From assembly GCA_902617515.1 (NCBI GenBank), contig CACMWX010000002.1, forward strand, positions 15,478 to 79,477: DNA of 64,000 bases, in the 5' to 3' direction. A program made the position numbers and the translations under genes. Below are positions 1 through 8,571 of this stretch, piece after piece. Numbering within the stretch: the stretch's first letter is position 1; each line of letters starts with the position of its first letter. Source of the stretch: an uncultured Alphaproteobacteria bacterium (lineage in GTDB: Bacteria; Pseudomonadota; Alphaproteobacteria; HIMB59). The notes under the pieces are model-generated. The model ran no database searches. It was not told the DNA's origin and saw only the letters and a program-made list of their open reading frames with translations.

Positions 1-1812
1 AAAGCTGTTTCACAAGGCTTGCTCTTTTTAATCACTGTCGTAAGAGAACTCTTATTAGGCGGAGACAAAATAATAGACGTATTTGTAAGCGACTCATGGC
101 TAAAAGAAAATGATTGGTTAAGTTGGCCTGCATTGCCTTGGACAGCAACAACTGTGGGTGCATTTCTTCTTGGATACCAGCTGAATGGTATCAGGCTTGG
201 GCTTTTAGGGGGTATAGGCGCATTATACATTTCGGTATTTGGAAATTACGTTCCGTCAATTCAAACATTGTCATTTGTGTTGATTACTACGCCAATTTGT
301 TTCGTTCTTGGTCTTTCTTTTGGAATTTGGGGATACCTTGATAAAAAAGTCGAGACTGCCTTACAACCAGTTTTAAATGTTATGCAGACTATGCCTCAGT
401 TTGCATATTTAGTTCCAATTATTGCTTTATTTGGACTAGGAGATCACGCCGGTTCAATCGCTACTATTATTATTGCAACTCCACCTATGATAAGAAATAC
501 AATTCTTGGACTGAAAAGAATTTCTCCTGAAGTTGTTGAAGCAGGCTTAATGAGTGGGTGTACAAAACCGCAATTACTTTTTAAAGTTTTAATTCCAGCA
601 GCTAGAAGAGATATTCTTAATGGCGTAAATACAGTTATCATGCAATGTCTAGCAATGGTTGTCATAGCTTCATTTGTAGGAGCTAAAGGCTTAGGTTTGA
701 ATTTAAAGATTGCACTAAACAGTTTAAAAATTGGAAAAGCAGCTGAGGCAGGTTTGTGTATTGTTATTATAGCAGTTATCCTCGATAGATTTACAAAAGC
801 TTGGGCAGATAAACAAAAAGACTATTTTGAAAATTTAACATTCTTCCAAAGATATAAATTATTAATTATTTTTGCTATTTCTGTCGTCATTTTTTCAATC
901 ATTGCTTTTATATCTGGAGGTTACTTTGATAAAATAAACTACTTATATGTTATTCCCATAGAAAAAGGTTTAACAATAGCTCATTACATTGATGGTGCAG
1001 TTGACTGGGTTTGGGAGACATTTTTTTACTCATTAAATTCTTTTAATAAGTTTTTGCTAACGCAAGTATTAGGACCAATGAAACATGCCTACTTAGGTAT
1101 GCCAGTTATTGCAACATTTACTCTTGCGATGGGTGCAGCGTATATTGTAGGTAATGCAAGAACTGCTTTGATTGTTGGCGGTATGTTATTGTTTATTGCA
1201 TTATCTGAATATTGGGACAGAGCTTTAATTACAATGTATATGGGCTCATTTGCCGTAATTATGGCTTCACTTAATGGAATAATTTTAGGTTCAATATTTG
1301 GTAGAACTGAAAGAGGTGGAAGAATACTCTTATCTTTTTGTGATTTTTTTGAAACGTTCCCTTCTTTCGTTTACCTAATTCCAGTTATATTCTTATTTAA
1401 TATAACTGACACCTCAGTACTAATAGCAGCTATTGTTTATGCTACTGTTCCAGCAACAAGATATACGGTTTGGGGTTTAAAAAGTGTTCCACTGTCTCTC
1501 CACGAGGCTGGAACTATGTCAGGAGTTTCAGCTTTTCAAAGATGGACAAATATTGAAATACCCATAGCTTTCCCAACAGTAATGTTGGGAGTCAACCAAA
1601 CAGTCGTTTTCTCTCTTCAGATGGTAATTTTAGGGGCACTTATAGGAACTGAAGATCTAGGACAAATTATCTTTGGTGCTTTATCTAGAACAAAAGATGG
1701 TGCAGGTGTCGCTTTAACACTTGGAATATTTGTCTCTCTTATAGCTATATGTGTAGATGTTATTGTTAGAAATTGGGCAGAGGAAAGAAAAAAAGCTCTT
1801 GGATTAGCATAG
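1..1812 (+). CDS. ABC transporter permease with two fused ProW-type domains, probably the TMAO transporter permease (TmoV-like); 5' end lies outside the window
   Basis: Two repeats of the ProW core (QPVLNVMQTMPQFAYLVP / DFFETFPSFVYLIP) with EAA loops (VVEAGLMSG, LHEAGTMSG). The frame is open from base 1 and the gene sits 3 bp upstream of tdm. Confidence 0.8.
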   Translation, partial: KAVSQGLLFLITVVRELLLGGDKIIDVFVSDSWLKENDWLSWPALPWTATTVGAFLLGYQLNGIRLGLLGGIGALYISVFGNYVPSIQTLSFVLITTPICFVLGLSFGIWGYLDKKVETALQPVLNVMQTMPQFAYLVPIIALFGLGDHAGSIATIIIATPPMIRNTILGLKRISPEVVEAGLMSGCTKPQLLFKVLIPAARRDILNGVNTVIMQCLAMVVIASFVGAKGLGLNLKIALNSLKIGKAAEAGLCIVIIAVILDRFTKAWADKQKDYFENLTFFQRYKLLIIFAISVVIFSIIAFISGGYFDKINYLYVIPIEKGLTIAHYIDGAVDWVWETFFYSLNSFNKFLLTQVLGPMKHAYLGMPVIATFTLAMGAAYIVGNARTALIVGGMLLFIALSEYWDRALITMYMGSFAVIMASLNGIILGSIFGRTERGGRILLSFCDFFETFPSFVYLIPVIFLFNITDTSVLIAAIVYATVPATRYTVWGLKSVPLSLHEAGTMSGVSAFQRWTNIEIPIAFPTVMLGVNQTVVFSLQMVILGALIGTEDLGQIIFGALSRTKDGAGVALTLGIFVSLIAICVDVIVRNWAEERKKALGLA

Positions 1813-1815
1813 AGA

Positions 1816-4167
1816 ATGATCATCCCAAGAGTTACTCAACCTTATGAACCTGGATTACCAGCTCTTGGTGATGACTTAGAAAATTATTTGGTAACTGGCG
1901 GAGGTTCTCTCACATTAAAATTAGAACCAGATGATAAATTTAAAATAATTAATTTAGAAGGCCATCAACAGGCTGAGGTTGTATGCTTTAATTCAAAAGG
2001 AGAATGTAATCTATCAGCATTAGGCCTAAATAACGAACATAACGGTCAATTAACAAAAAAAATCCTAACGAGCGAAGAGGAGTCAGCTCAAATAGCACGT
2101 ACTAAATTAAAAAAACTTGGATATGAGGTAGAGTTTATTAATCAATCGATTTTAGTATTTTCTCAAAATTCACTTTCAGGTTCAATTGAGGAATTCAAAA
2201 CGAACGACTCCATTGTTTGTATAATTTCTGCACCTGGCGAAAGTGAAATTACACATGAAAATATTCCTGCATCCGAACTACGAGTGATTGTTCAAAGAAA
2301 TAAAAAACGTGAAGAGGGGGAATTTTTATTACCAGACCCTTTAATGGATCCTGTTGAAGAAATTTTTGTTAAAAGATATACCGCAATGGCCTATGAAGTC
2401 AAAGAGGGAGATTTTATTCAGATAATTGATGTTTATGGAAGACAATGTTCTGACTTTATGGCTTTCGACTCAGAGAGTCTTCAAAAAGGCCAAGAGCTCT
2501 CAATAGATACAACTAATAGTAGATATCTAATGGGAAGTGCTTTTCCAATGCCAGGTCTCCATTCTAAATATTACGATGAAAATCAAATGCCCATGGTTGA
2601 AGTCTACAGAGATACTGTCGGAAGACATGATACGTTCGGTACTGCATGTACTTCAAAATTTTATGATGATATTGGTTATTTTGGTCATCCAAATTGCTCT
2701 GATAATTTCAATTATGTATTAGATAAGTTTACTGTGAGAAAAAGACTAGGTTGGAATGCTATAAATTTATTTTACAACACAGCCATTGATTCAAATAATG
2801 CTTTAATTTTTGATGAACCATGGTCTAGACCAGGAGACTATGTGATGTTTAAAGCTCTGAAAAATTTAGTTTGTGTCTCCTCTGCCTGTCCAGACGATGT
2901 AGATGCAGCTAATGGATGGAATCCTACTGACATTTTTGTTAGAGTCTATAGACCGAATAGACCTTTTAGTAAAGGAATGGCATTTAGAATGAAAGCAGAC
3001 TCTGAACCTAAATTAACTAAAGAAACTGGTTTTCACCCAAGAGTATCAAAACTTACTGAAAATATTGTTGAGTACAAAGGTTTCTGGTTAGCTTCTAATT
3101 ATAATAATCACGGGGCGCACCAAGAATATGAAGCTTGCAGAGAACGGGCTATCATTATGGACCTATCAGCACTAAGAAAGTTTGAAGTAAGAGGTCCAGA
3201 CGCTGAAGAACTTTTACAAATGACTTGCACCAGAAACATCAGAAAACTATCTGTTGGCCAAGTTGTTTACACTGCGATGTGCTACGAGCATGGAGGTATG
3301 CTTGATGACGGTACAGTATTCAAAATAACGGATGATAACTTTAGGTGGATTTGTGGAGATGAGTATTGCGGTGAATGGTTAAGAGAAAAAGCAAAGGAAC
3401 ATAACTTAAAGGTATGGATTAAATCTTCTACTGATAATTTACATAATGTTTCTGTCCAAGGACCAAAGAGTAGAGAAATATTAAAAAAGATAATCTGGAC
3501 ACCCCCTCATCAAACATCATTGACTGATTTAGAGTGGTTTAGGTTTTCTATAGCCAGGTTAAATACTTTAGATGGAATTCCTTTAATGGTCTCTAGAACT
3601 GGATACACAGGTGAACTAGGTTATGAAATATTCTGTCATCCGAGTAAAGCTGCTGAAGTGTGGGATGCTGTAATGAAAGCTGGAGAAGAGTTTGGAATTG
3701 TGCCTATGGGATTAGACGCTTTGGATTTAGTTAGAATTGAAGCTGGTTTAGTTTTCGCAAATTATGAATTCGATGATCAAACTGATCCGTTTGAGGCGGG
3801 AATTGGTTTTACAGTTCCTCTTAAATCAAAAGAGGATAACTTTATTGGTAAAGAGGCTTTACTTGAAAGAAAGGCAAACCCTCAAAGAAAACTAGTTGGA
3901 CTTGAGATTGAGGGAAATGAAACTACCGGGCATGGTGACTGTGTTCATCCCTCAAATAATGGAAGGGAACAAGTTGGCATTATAACAAGTGGTATGAAAT
4001 CCCCTGTTCTAAATAAAAATATTGCTCTTTGCAAAATCAATGTCAAATACAGCGAGCTTAATACTGAAGTTGAAATAGGTAAGTTAGATGGTCAACAAAA
4101 AAGAATAAAGGCTAAGGTTGTTCCTTTCCCATTTTATGATCCAACTAAATCAAGAGTTAAATCCTAA
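1816..4167 (+). CDS. tdm: Trimethylamine N-oxide demethylase (DUF1989 plus aminomethyltransferase fusion)
   Basis: 783 aa. N-terminal DUF1989-type region with Cys ligands (HDTFGTAC...HPNCSDN...SACPDD) and C-terminal GcvT domain (SRTGYTGELGYE, FYDPTKSR). Near tmm. Confidence 0.9.
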   Translation: MIIPRVTQPYEPGLPALGDDLENYLVTGGGSLTLKLEPDDKFKIINLEGHQQAEVVCFNSKGECNLSALGLNNEHNGQLTKKILTSEEESAQIARTKLKKLGYEVEFINQSILVFSQNSLSGSIEEFKTNDSIVCIISAPGESEITHENIPASELRVIVQRNKKREEGEFLLPDPLMDPVEEIFVKRYTAMAYEVKEGDFIQIIDVYGRQCSDFMAFDSESLQKGQELSIDTTNSRYLMGSAFPMPGLHSKYYDENQMPMVEVYRDTVGRHDTFGTACTSKFYDDIGYFGHPNCSDNFNYVLDKFTVRKRLGWNAINLFYNTAIDSNNALIFDEPWSRPGDYVMFKALKNLVCVSSACPDDVDAANGWNPTDIFVRVYRPNRPFSKGMAFRMKADSEPKLTKETGFHPRVSKLTENIVEYKGFWLASNYNNHGAHQEYEACRERAIIMDLSALRKFEVRGPDAEELLQMTCTRNIRKLSVGQVVYTAMCYEHGGMLDDGTVFKITDDNFRWICGDEYCGEWLREKAKEHNLKVWIKSSTDNLHNVSVQGPKSREILKKIIWTPPHQTSLTDLEWFRFSIARLNTLDGIPLMVSRTGYTGELGYEIFCHPSKAAEVWDAVMKAGEEFGIVPMGLDALDLVRIEAGLVFANYEFDDQTDPFEAGIGFTVPLKSKEDNFIGKEALLERKANPQRKLVGLEIEGNETTGHGDCVHPSNNGREQVGIITSGMKSPVLNKNIALCKINVKYSELNTEVEIGKLDGQQKRIKAKVVPFPFYDPTKSRVKS

Positions 4168-4183
4168 TTTTTTTATCTTTTAA

Positions 4184-5353
4184 ATGAGTTCAATTTTTTT
4201 AGATAAATCTTCAACTTTACCAATTAGTGATAACAGGTTTGATAAAGGACCTTTTTTTGAATTTTATCATAAAGAAGATAATTCTTATGGTGTATACGCT
4301 GATCGCTATTTTCCAATATCTGTTGGAAATAAAATCAAAGATAGTTACTGGAATTTGAGAAGAAAAGCTGTCATGTATGATGTACCTGAAAAACCTATTC
4401 AAATAGAGGGACCACAGTCAGAGGAATTTCTTGATAAAATATTTTGTCGCAAAATTAAAGATATGAAAGTAGGCAGGGGTAAATATGCAATTGCCTGTTA
4501 TGAAAATGGCGGAATATTTATAGACGGTGTACTTTTTAGATTAGAGCAAAATAAATTTTGGTACGTCCAACCTGATGGACCCCTTGAAACTTGGTTAAAA
4601 GCTCATCAAAAAAACTATGAAGTTACTATAACTGACCCTAATTCTCGAGTGATACAAATTCAAGGTCCAATTTCTAAAGATATAATTTCAAAGCTAACAA
4701 ATGGAGAAATAAACAATGATTTTAAATATTATCATTCAGGCTATTCAAAAATAGCTGATCAAAATGTATATGTCTCTAGAACAGGATGGACTTCTGAATT
4801 AGGCTTCGAAATTTATACTCTAGGAAATAAGACTGATTATAAAAAAATTTGGGATACTATTTGTGAAATTGGATATCCGATGGGTATGACATTTGATGGT
4901 CTAGAATCAATGGATATAAGAAGAATTGAAGCAGGCATCCTAGATAACAACACAGATTTTGACTCTTCAATGAATCCTTATGAAATTGGATTAGGCTCTC
5001 TAGTTGATTTAGAGAAAGAAAATTTTATTGGAAAAAAAGCTTTAGAATTTTTATCAACAAAATTTGGAAAGAGATTATTTGGTATAACTACGGATAAAGA
5101 AATTATTCCAAGAGCAAAAGTTTATTTATCATCAAATGAACAAAAAATTGGATATCTATCAGCATCAACTTGGTCTCCTACTTTAGAAAAGTATGTAGGT
5201 TATGTACGTTTTGACTACCCCGGTGAGTGGAAAGAATTTCAAATTAAAGTCGAGTCTGTTAATGATAATTTAGCTGACTGCGAAATAATTGATTTACCAT
5301 TTTACGATAAAGAAAAACTCATCCCAAAGGGGATTGACAAAAATATTCCTTAA
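4184..5353 (+). CDS. Stand-alone GcvT/DmdA-family aminomethyltransferase (THF-binding)
   Basis: SRTGWTSELGFEIY, RRIEAGI and LPFYD motifs; 389 aa. Confidence 0.8.
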   Translation: MSSIFLDKSSTLPISDNRFDKGPFFEFYHKEDNSYGVYADRYFPISVGNKIKDSYWNLRRKAVMYDVPEKPIQIEGPQSEEFLDKIFCRKIKDMKVGRGKYAIACYENGGIFIDGVLFRLEQNKFWYVQPDGPLETWLKAHQKNYEVTITDPNSRVIQIQGPISKDIISKLTNGEINNDFKYYHSGYSKIADQNVYVSRTGWTSELGFEIYTLGNKTDYKKIWDTICEIGYPMGMTFDGLESMDIRRIEAGILDNNTDFDSSMNPYEIGLGSLVDLEKENFIGKKALEFLSTKFGKRLFGITTDKEIIPRAKVYLSSNEQKIGYLSASTWSPTLEKYVGYVRFDYPGEWKEFQIKVESVNDNLADCEIIDLPFYDKEKLIPKGIDKNIP

Positions 5354-5523
5354 TCTTTATTTTTTTCTTTTCTAAAAAATGGTATTAAAAAAACAAAACA
5401 AGCTACAAAGAAAAAAAGACTTCCAAACATAGCCCAGAAACTACCAATACTTGATATTATAAAGCCTACGGCAGAAATAATAAATAAAACCCATCCAATA
5501 AAATTAAGAGTATTATTGGACAT
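5350..5523 (-). CDS. Small two-helix membrane protein (57 aa) directly downstream of tmm; absent from the ORF track
   Basis: Manual translation: MSNNTLNFIGWVLFIISAVGFIISSIGSFWAMFGSLFFFVACFVFLIPFFRKEKNKD*. It starts 7 bp after the tmm stop and fills the gap exactly. Confidence 0.7.
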   Translation of the reverse strand: MSNNTLNFIGWVLFIISAVGFIISSIGSFWAMFGSLFFFVACFVFLIPFFRKEKNKD

Positions 5524-5530
5524 ATAATAT

Positions 5531-6865
5531 TTATTTTGTATCTAAATATGTAGCCATAGAGTCGTCCATAGCATCCAACCATGTAGTGTGATGTGAGGGA
5601 CCAGTGGTGCCAGTGACAGGCGAGGAAAAGGATTTATCTCTATAAGTCAGGATATTTTCTTCCTTATGGTGTTCCCAATCATAAAAATGTTTGCGAATTA
5701 ACTCAAAGTCAATTTTTGGGTAGTCAACAGCAGAACATAAATCCACACAATAATCTGTTTGAAAATCAATCATCTGATAGGCATCCTCTAGAGCCTCTTC
5801 CTTTTTAACCCAATTATCAATATCCTTTGCTAACTCATCAGCTGAAGGCAGAGTTATTTTGTTCATAATTATGTCTCTAACATACCAAGCTTGGGCATCA
5901 AACATGTTAAAAGTATGAAACTGATCTTGCATACCAAGATAAAACAAATTTTGATTATTTTGCCATACTACTCCTTTGTACAGGTTTGGAGGATACAGCC
6001 TGTTATGAGTTTTTAATTTTAGATCTTCTGGTAAAAAAGGAAAATGATGCAAGTAACCTGTACATAGTATTAAGGCATCCATTTCTTGAACTGTGCCATC
6101 TTTAAAAACTGCTTTGTTTCCATCAATCTTATCCATGTAATGTACTTCTTTCATGCCTTCAGGCCAATTGAAACCCATTGGATTGTTTCTATAACCAATA
6201 GTAACAGTTTTAGCTCCATATTTATGGCACTGTAACGCTATATCTTCAGCAGAGTAACTACTTCCGAGAACGACAACATTTTTATTTCTAAACTCTTCAG
6301 CGTCTCTGAAATCATGAGAGTGCATTATTCTTCCTGGAAAGCTACTCATTCCCTCATATTCAGGAATGTATGGAACAGAGAAGTGACCAGTCGCTACAAC
6401 TAATTTATCAAAACTTTCAGTTTTAGTTTGATCGTCTTTTTTATTTCGGTATGTAATATCAAATCCATTACCATTATCAGCAACAGAGGTAACAGTGGTG
6501 TTAAACTTTACGTATTTTTTTACATCCGAATTTTCTGCACGACCTAAAATGTAATCTTGAAGGACGGCTCTTGGAGGGAAGGAGGGAATTGGTTTTTTGA
6601 AATGCTCATCAAAAGAATAATCTGCAAATTCAAGACACTCTTTTGGCCCATTCGACCAAAGGTATCTATACATGCTATTGTGAATTGGATCTCCATATTG
6701 ATCAGACCCGGTTCTCCAAGTATAATTCCAAAGACCACCCCAACTTTCTTGTTTTTCAAAGGCAACAACCTCAGGAATATTTTCGCCTTTGCTTTGCGCT
6801 TGATGCAGAGATCTTAAAAAAGATAGTCCACAGGGACCTGTACCAATTAGTGCAACTTTTGTCAT
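5531..6865 (-). CDS. tmm: Trimethylamine monooxygenase (bacterial flavin-containing monooxygenase)
   Basis: GxGxxG (IGTGPCG), GGLWNY, SMYRYLWSNGPKECLEF, the FMO signature FPGRIMHSHDF and GSSYSAED; lies next to tdm. Confidence 0.92.
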   Translation of the reverse strand: MTKVALIGTGPCGLSFLRSLHQAQSKGENIPEVVAFEKQESWGGLWNYTWRTGSDQYGDPIHNSMYRYLWSNGPKECLEFADYSFDEHFKKPIPSFPPRAVLQDYILGRAENSDVKKYVKFNTTVTSVADNGNGFDITYRNKKDDQTKTESFDKLVVATGHFSVPYIPEYEGMSSFPGRIMHSHDFRDAEEFRNKNVVVLGSSYSAEDIALQCHKYGAKTVTIGYRNNPMGFNWPEGMKEVHYMDKIDGNKAVFKDGTVQEMDALILCTGYLHHFPFLPEDLKLKTHNRLYPPNLYKGVVWQNNQNLFYLGMQDQFHTFNMFDAQAWYVRDIIMNKITLPSADELAKDIDNWVKKEEALEDAYQMIDFQTDYCVDLCSAVDYPKIDFELIRKHFYDWEHHKEENILTYRDKSFSSPVTGTTGPSHHTTWLDAMDDSMATYLDTK

Positions 6866-6963
6866 TATTCTCCTCCGATTTGAATTAATATTAATAATTA
6901 AATTTTAATTTCCAATCCATTTTTTGTCATAATCTGTAATAAATACAGGGATAATAAAAATGT

Positions 6964-6982
6964 TGTTTCATATTATGGAACA
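6964..6982. promoter_or_regulatory. Putative IclR-family operator, copy 1 (TGTTTCATATTATGGAACA), in the divergent tmm/soxB intergenic region
   Basis: Near-perfect palindrome; the same motif recurs at 15083 and 15929. Confidence 0.7.
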
Positions 6983-7038
6983 GGTTTATTGTAGCATTAT
7001 ATTAGGAATATATATTTTCGAAGAGGTTTAATTGAATC

Positions 7039-8295
7039 ATGCAAAAGTACTCAGTTTTTAGTTTAGTAAAAAATGCTTTCACCAACCATGAAAATTGGGA
7101 GGTAGCTTGGAAAGACCCTGAGCCTAAAAAAGAATACGATGTCATAATTGTAGGCGGCGGTGGTCATGGTCTTGCAACAGCTTATTATCTTGCAAAAGAA
7201 CATGGCATCACAAACGTTGCCATACTTGAAAAGGGTTGGATTGGAGGAGGTAATGTTGGAAGAAACACTACCATCTTGAGATCTAACTATATGTTTGATT
7301 CAAACGCTCATTTTTATGAGTTTGGTATGAAGCTTTGGGAAACACTTAGCCAAGAATTAAATTACAACGTTATGTACTCACCGAGAGGAATTATAAACCT
7401 AGCTCACTCTGATGCACAAATGAATGCTTACGCTAGAAGAGGTAACTCTATGAGATTAAATGGTATTGATGCAATTCTTCTTGGAAGGGATGATTTAAAA
7501 AAGATGATCCCATTTGCAGATTTTTCAGAAACATGTCGTTTTCCCATTCATGGTGGTTTAATGCAACCACGTGGAGGAACTGCAAGACATGATGCAGTTG
7601 CTTGGGGATATGCTAGACAGGCAGACTCCATGGGTGTCGATATAATTCAAAATTGTGAAGTGACAGGTTTTGATGTTAATAACGGAAAAATAGAAGGTGT
7701 TCAAACATCAAGAGGAAACATTAAAACTAAAAAAGTTGGATTGTGTGTTGCTGGAAGCACTACACTTTTAGCAGACATGTTAAATATGAGACTTCCAATT
7801 GAAGCACATGTTCTGCAAGCTTGTGTCTCAGAACCAGTTAAACCTTTACTTCATAACGTAGTTACTTTCGGAGCAGGTCACTTTTATTGCAGCCAATCTG
7901 ACAAAGGTGAAATGGTTATGGGTGGTGATTTAGATGGTTACAACAGCTATGCTCAAAGAGGAAATATGCCAATGATACAGCATGTTTTAACAGGTGGATT
8001 GGCTGTCTTCCCAAACTTTAGTAGACTCAAAATGCTTCGAACTTGGGGAGGTATTATGGATATGTCCATGGATGGTTCTCCAATAATCGATAAAACTCAT
8101 ATTGAGGGTGTATATCTTAATTGCGGTTGGTGCTACGGAGGCTTTAAAGCTACTCCTAGCTCAGGTTTTGTTTTTGCACATACAATAGCACAAGATCAAG
8201 TACATGAACTCAACTCAGACTTTAACCTTGAAAGATTCCATACTGGAAAAATTATTGATGAAAAGGGTGTAGGCCCTAAACCTTGGATCGGTTAA
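7039..8295 (+). CDS. soxB: Sarcosine oxidase beta-family subunit, probably N-methylglutamate dehydrogenase MgdA from context
   Basis: GGGGHGLATAYYLAKEHG, GRNTTILRSNY, ARHDAVAWGYAR. In the same operon as mgsABC. Confidence 0.88.
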   Translation: MQKYSVFSLVKNAFTNHENWEVAWKDPEPKKEYDVIIVGGGGHGLATAYYLAKEHGITNVAILEKGWIGGGNVGRNTTILRSNYMFDSNAHFYEFGMKLWETLSQELNYNVMYSPRGIINLAHSDAQMNAYARRGNSMRLNGIDAILLGRDDLKKMIPFADFSETCRFPIHGGLMQPRGGTARHDAVAWGYARQADSMGVDIIQNCEVTGFDVNNGKIEGVQTSRGNIKTKKVGLCVAGSTTLLADMLNMRLPIEAHVLQACVSEPVKPLLHNVVTFGAGHFYCSQSDKGEMVMGGDLDGYNSYAQRGNMPMIQHVLTGGLAVFPNFSRLKMLRTWGGIMDMSMDGSPIIDKTHIEGVYLNCGWCYGGFKATPSSGFVFAHTIAQDQVHELNSDFNLERFHTGKIIDEKGVGPKPWIG

Positions 8296-8298
8296 TAG

Positions 8299-8571
8299 AT
8301 GTTAGAAATAAAATGCCCATACTGTGGCAAGCGCTCACAAAATGAATTTTCTTATGGCGGAGACGCCACTATAAAAAGACCTCAACTAGGAGAAGAAATT
8401 TCAACCGAGGATTGGGATAATTTTGTTTACTACAGAGACAACCCAAGAGGAAAACATTCAGAACTATGGCATCATGTTTCTGGATGTAGACAATGGTTTA
8501 AAGTCTCAAGAGACACCGCTACACATGAAATTTTTGATACGTGTAAAATGAACGAGGACTTTAATGTCTAA
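8299..8571 (+). CDS. soxD: Sarcosine oxidase delta-family subunit (MgdB-like)
   Basis: CPYCG...EF.YGG and WHHVSGCRQW zinc motifs. Confidence 0.88.
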   Translation: MLEIKCPYCGKRSQNEFSYGGDATIKRPQLGEEISTEDWDNFVYYRDNPRGKHSELWHHVSGCRQWFKVSRDTATHEIFDTCKMNEDFNV

